Assembly (NCBI GenBank): GCA_020137815.1
Contig: CM035355.1
Span: 1,860,001-1,924,000 of the forward strand
Length of the DNA: 64,000 nt
DNA from: Hormiphora californensis
Lineage: Eukaryota > Animalia > Ctenophora
Direction of reading: 5' to 3'
Shown: positions 24,313-64,000 of the stretch, piece by piece
Layout: the number at the start of each line of letters is the position of its first letter
Numbering within the stretch: position 1 is the stretch's first letter
Translations under genes and position numbers: made by a program
The notes under the pieces: generated by a model
Databases searched by the model: none
What the model was told of the DNA's origin: nothing
Seen by the model: only the letters and a program-made list of their open reading frames with translations

Positions 24313-25658
24313 TTACAGCCCAATATCAACAGTGGCGTGACCAATGTTAAGTGCCATGATATAAGTCTCCTTCCTGAGTCCTAGCGTGCAACCAAACACC
24401 AGCGACCCAACTACAGTCACTACCGACAGTTTCAGTTCTGTTTGCACATATGCATTGACACCCATGTTTATTAGGAACGCAACGGCCGCACCTAGCAATC
24501 TCATGCCTTGAAGCAGGCCAAATGAAGCACCGCGTGACCGTGTAGCGTACAACTCTAGCGTGTAAATGTCAATAGAGAAAATAAAAATGTAGGTGAAAAT
24601 AACGATGGCACCAAGTTGTGCGAAGAGAAAGTTGGTTGTCGAGCACAACACCAGACTAATAATCACCACCACCCTCAGCGCCGCAGGACCTCGGAGACTA
24701 TTCTTCCGGCCATACCGCTGCACGGAGATGTAACCGAGGACCACCCCAACGAGGGCACACCCTAATATCACCATGGCATTGTTCAATGTAACAATGTCAC
24801 CCATACAGGGTCGAGGGGGCGGGTGGGTGACATCCGCGAGACATGCAGATCCTGCATCATACAGAATGGGGAAGGATAGGAGAATGTTTGTTGTTAGTAG
24901 TGATGTAGAGAAGTAAAGGATTAGTAGGATACACCCTGACACCTTTCCCCCACTATAAAACATGTCCGTATAGTGTGCGAAATGAGGTTCAGGTTCCACC
25001 ACATCCTCCGTCTCTAGCGGGATGAGAGACCACTTTGATTGCACGTGATTAGTACCCCTGGCCTTCCTGCTGAGTGGTGGCTCGGGGAAGATTACCCCGA
25101 TAAGGAACACCAGTGCTAGGATGACTGCGATTGATGTTGAAAGCGAGCTCCAAATGTTGATAACCTCACTAAACGGGGATTGTTCTAGGATCATTGGAAG
25201 GAGGATGAGGGAGACACTCTGTGCTATTGAGTGGAGGAAGTAGGGATGGAGGCGGTGTCTGGAGGGTAGGGACTCCACGCTGTAGAGGAGGGCTGTGATG
25301 TGTAGGGTTCCCATACACAGAGAGAATAGGACACGTGTTCCCAGGTAGATGGTCTTGTCAATTGATACCATACACATCAACTCTGGAGAGAGATGTGTTA
25401 GCAATCTGGCAATCTGCCATATATAGACGAGGTAATAAGTTAGGGGCTTTGAGGTAATAAATTAGGGGCTTTGAGGTAATGAATTAGGGGTTCAGATCAT
25501 TTCATTCCTTCGCTCAGAGCCAATCAATAATCATTTCTCTTTTTCTCCTGATCCTCATCATTTCTTCCGTGTCATTATGGAGACGGTGTTTGCATGTTAA
25601 TACACAGCACTTTCATGTGCACGTGCCCCCTCTCTCTCTTTCTATCTTTCTTTCTTTT

Positions 25659-25730
<72 letters not shown>

Positions 25731-26607
25731 CCACAGAACGATCAGCTATATTGAGATTATTTCAAGTTAAAACTTTAGGACACACATATCAAGAGGACAG
25801 GACATATAGAAGATTTAGGAATTAGGATACATGATAGAATGATCCAGGGCACCTATAGCACTTTGGCTAATTGCTACGTATTATCCTAAATGTCAATCTA
25901 TCACATGTCCCTGCCATCAAGGGGCATCATGTAGCCGCATTCCTTTTTCTTTCCAGTTTCCTCCCATACTAGATTCACTGTCATAATAACAGTTTCAAAC
26001 ACCCTATAATTCCCAACTCCCCAGTCCCAAAATGCTACCTGCCATGAGACCGATGAATGAAGACACAAGGAGGGTTGGCCGCCTGCCAACTTTATCCACG
26101 ATGATCCCTCCCAACACAGAGCCAAACATGTTAGCAAAGAGTGTGACAGAGGGGACGCATGAGCGGCTGATGTAGTCCCAATCCTGGACACATGTCAACT
26201 TTCGTATCAACATGGGCTGAGCCATGAACTATGGGGAATATATTGATTAGGTAATAGTCCACAGTTTTAATATTAAACACCCTCCAGATTCCAATTTCCC
26301 CTCCTCAATAAAAACGTTTTATCCCCTAATCCCATTCCCCAATACAGGGAAGCTAATTAAATTAAATCAATTAAATCCCTTCAATTACCTCCAAAGCAGT
26401 TACAAATCCCGTGGCACTGATGACGATAGTAAGGAAGATGTACGCCACCGCCTGGAACAGAAAATCCATAACTTCCGCGAGGGCAGTATCTACGTCACTC
26501 TGTTGCTCTCCCCCGCTCTCCTCGTCTCGCTCCCCGGGGTAGACGGTGACCTGCTTCTTTGCGGCGGGGCTCCGCTGCTGCTGGTACCCAGAGGGACTGA
26601 GAGACAC
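24313..26607 (-). CDS. MFS transporter, SV2/SVOP/SLC22-like; approx. exons ~26388-26607, ~26040-26228, 24313-25382; start codon uncertain (adjoins gap)
   Basis: GGIIVDKVGRRPTL and SVQRYGRKNSL loop motifs; LYSVESLPSRHR; IYTLELYATRSRGASFG; multiple TM segments. Confidence 0.8.
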
Positions 26608-26630
26608 TGTGCTAGGTTAGTAAGTAGATT

Positions 26631-27064
26631 NNNNNNNNNNNNNNNNNNNNNNNNNNNNNNNNNNNNNNNNNNNNNNNNNNNNNNNNNNNNNNNNNNNNNN
26701 NNNNNNNNNNNNNNNNNNNNNNNNNNNNNNAATCTACTTACTAACCTAGGCACAGTGTGGGGGGGGGGAAAGAGGATCAAAGGCTGGTTGTTGGGGATAA
26801 ATTTTTTTGGAAACGCGTTTTAAGGGGAAAAAATAAAAACCCTTGGGGGAAAACTATGCATCAGGGGCCAAAATGAAAATAGATCAAGGGGGTATTTAAA
26901 AAAAAAACGACTTTGAAAAAATTTTTTTCCCCCCACTAACGAAAAAATAGTCTACCCAAAAAAAAATTAAAAACCGAAAAATAACGGGGAAGAAAAAACC
27001 CCCCCAAAAAAAAACCCCCCCCTTTTTTTTTTTTTTTTTTTTCCCCCCCCCCCTTTTTTTTTTT

Positions 27065-27110
<46 letters not shown>

Positions 27111-27420
27111 TTTCCCCCTTTTTTCCCCCCCCCCCCTTTTCCCCCTTTTCCCCCCTTTCCCTCCCCCTTTCCCCTTTCCCCCCTTTCTTTCCTCTCCTCT
27201 TTTTTCCCCTCTTTTCTTTTCCCCTTCATGGGGGGGGGGGGGGTGAAAAAAAAAAAAGGGGGTATTTTATTTTTTTTTGATGGCAAGGGGGGGGGGGGGG
27301 GGGGGCGGCGGGGGACGGGGGAAAATGATAAATATGTTTGAGTGGGGGGGACCAACAAATCAAAGGGAAAAAAAATGGACCCCGCGGTGCAAGCTATCCC
27401 CCTGGTCAATTAAACCCCAA
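26631..27420. other. Scaffold gap (100 N) followed by low-quality homopolymer-rich sequence
   Basis: N run 26631-26730; poly-G/C/T/A noise 26760-27380; the gap flanks are reverse complements of each other. Confidence 0.9.
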
Positions 27421-28489
27421 TGTATCTGAATTAATGATGATGATGAACCTCTGAGACCTGGCAATGCTTCAAGTTGCCTGGCTAGACTGTGTTTCGGGCG
27501 CCCCGATGTAAAGGGAGGGTTTATAGAACATAACAAGCTTCAAGATGATCTCTAAGGTTAAAGAGACTCGAGAAACTCTCAGTTCTCTCTATGCAGCATT
27601 GAGTCTGTGAATACTGAATACTCGACTAGGTCTTCATATAGATCTATTGCAGCACTACTAGGCAACCTTATTGAAACATTCACCCTGACATTGTTAAATG
27701 TTAACCCCCTTACTTTAACAAAACATCACTATAAAACAGAGGGTTGGGCACGTCGTGCCCCTCTGTTCGCACGGCCAAAACAGAGGGCAGGGGTTCCACC
27801 CATTCACAACCAGGGGGTCTGGGAACGCTCATCAGACAATACAAGCACGTGTATGCACTGGACATAGAAAACATGAGGTACAGTGATGAGAACTAGAAAA
27901 GGGCGAAAAGCACATGGGTCAGGAGACAGGAATGTTATACCTCATACGATAGTGTGTTCATTGGGGAACACTAAACAATGAACCAAATCATATATTATAC
28001 AATCTGGCTATATGTTCTAACAGTTAGAGAGGGTCGAGCTGCTCGAGCAAGCAAACAGTCGTTACCTCACAGGGCCAGGGTATACCGTCACTGGGCACTG
28101 ATTTAGAACATGACCAGACAATAGTAAAAGGCGCTTGTGCCTTGTACTATTGTACACACATTGACAAGACAATGCATAACATCAAGTCTGGACCCAGATA
28201 CCCTCCTATTCGGCCTCCATTTCGAAACTAATTGCAATACTCGGATATAAGTTGGTTGGAATTAACTTCAAAATAACTTAACATTTAAACTTCTCTGAAA
28301 ATCAACAATTTAAAATACAACTAAAAATTCATTCAATAAGTTCTGTCATATTAAAACAGTTTTTCTATCTACACAGTATCACACTAAAATAATTACACGT
28401 GAAAATATTACTATACTGTCTCTCAAAACTCAGAGTCTAGAGGTTGTCTAATGTCTATAAGAAGGTGATCCAAGTTTCAGTCCATACAT

Positions 28490-63519
<35,030 letters not shown>

Positions 63520-64000
63520 CTGAAACAGTCAATAGGTCATCATCATCATCATCATCACCTCTATTGGTAGAAGTATGACACTTTGTATGGTAGCCACTAG
63601 TATGCATTGCAAACACGGCCCGTTTTACACTTAGTTCACGCTTCAAAAACATTTGTTTTGGGGTGTGAGAAACAGGTTTCAGACTAAGGAGAGAGAAGAG
63701 TTGGCGTGCAATAGCACCTGCCTTGCGTGAGTACCCCTATCTTTCTGAGGTTTTGCTCTCTATCTCTCTTTCTCTCTCTCTCTCTCTATCTCTCTTTCTC
63801 TCTCTCTTATCCAGATATTTAGACACTTATCCAAAGTGACTCTTATGTTCCATGATCTTCTTTTTAAACACTAAACTTGCTATGTAATGATCCATCATCT
63901 GGGAACTGTATCTTTCTCTCTTTTTCACTATTATGTATATATATCTGTCTCTCGCTGTCTCTCTCTCTCTCTCTCTTTCTCTCCCTCTCCCTCATCGTCT

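Noticed and set aside
26936-27409. Gly/Lys/Pro-rich 157-aa ORF
   Set aside because: Low-quality homopolymer sequence next to the gap

Overview
Gene-dense eukaryotic (animal) genomic DNA with GT-AG introns, (GA)n microsatellites and many small DNA transposons. The repeat families and nested-gene layout resemble a ctenophore such as Pleurobrachia; this is recollection/inference, not a database result. From left to right: HID1 (-) has 12 exons here and continues off the left edge. Its last visible intron holds a degenerate serine racemase/dehydratase-like gene (+), whose own introns hold a cathepsin-L-ShKT gene (-) and a MARCH-type E3 gene (-), i.e. double nesting. Another HID1 intron holds an orphan multi-exon gene (+). 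Next come a type-I membrane glycoprotein gene (+) head-to-head with HID1, RNPS1 (-), AGPAT5 (-), a GRIP golgin GCC1-like gene (+), an SV2/SLC22-like MFS transporter (-) and an assembly gap. The rest of the window is the 3' ~35 kb of an ABCA transporter (-). Its introns carry three antisense nested genes (small secreted Cys-rich protein, class-A GPCR, LDLa-repeat LGR-type GPCR), an ORF1-only LINE-like element, a Russian-doll set of GGTAG-terminated transposons, long foldback repeats, and tandem arrays made of the gene's own splice sites. Several single-base frameshifts at homopolymers point to assembly errors. Exon models were derived by hand and are unverified.
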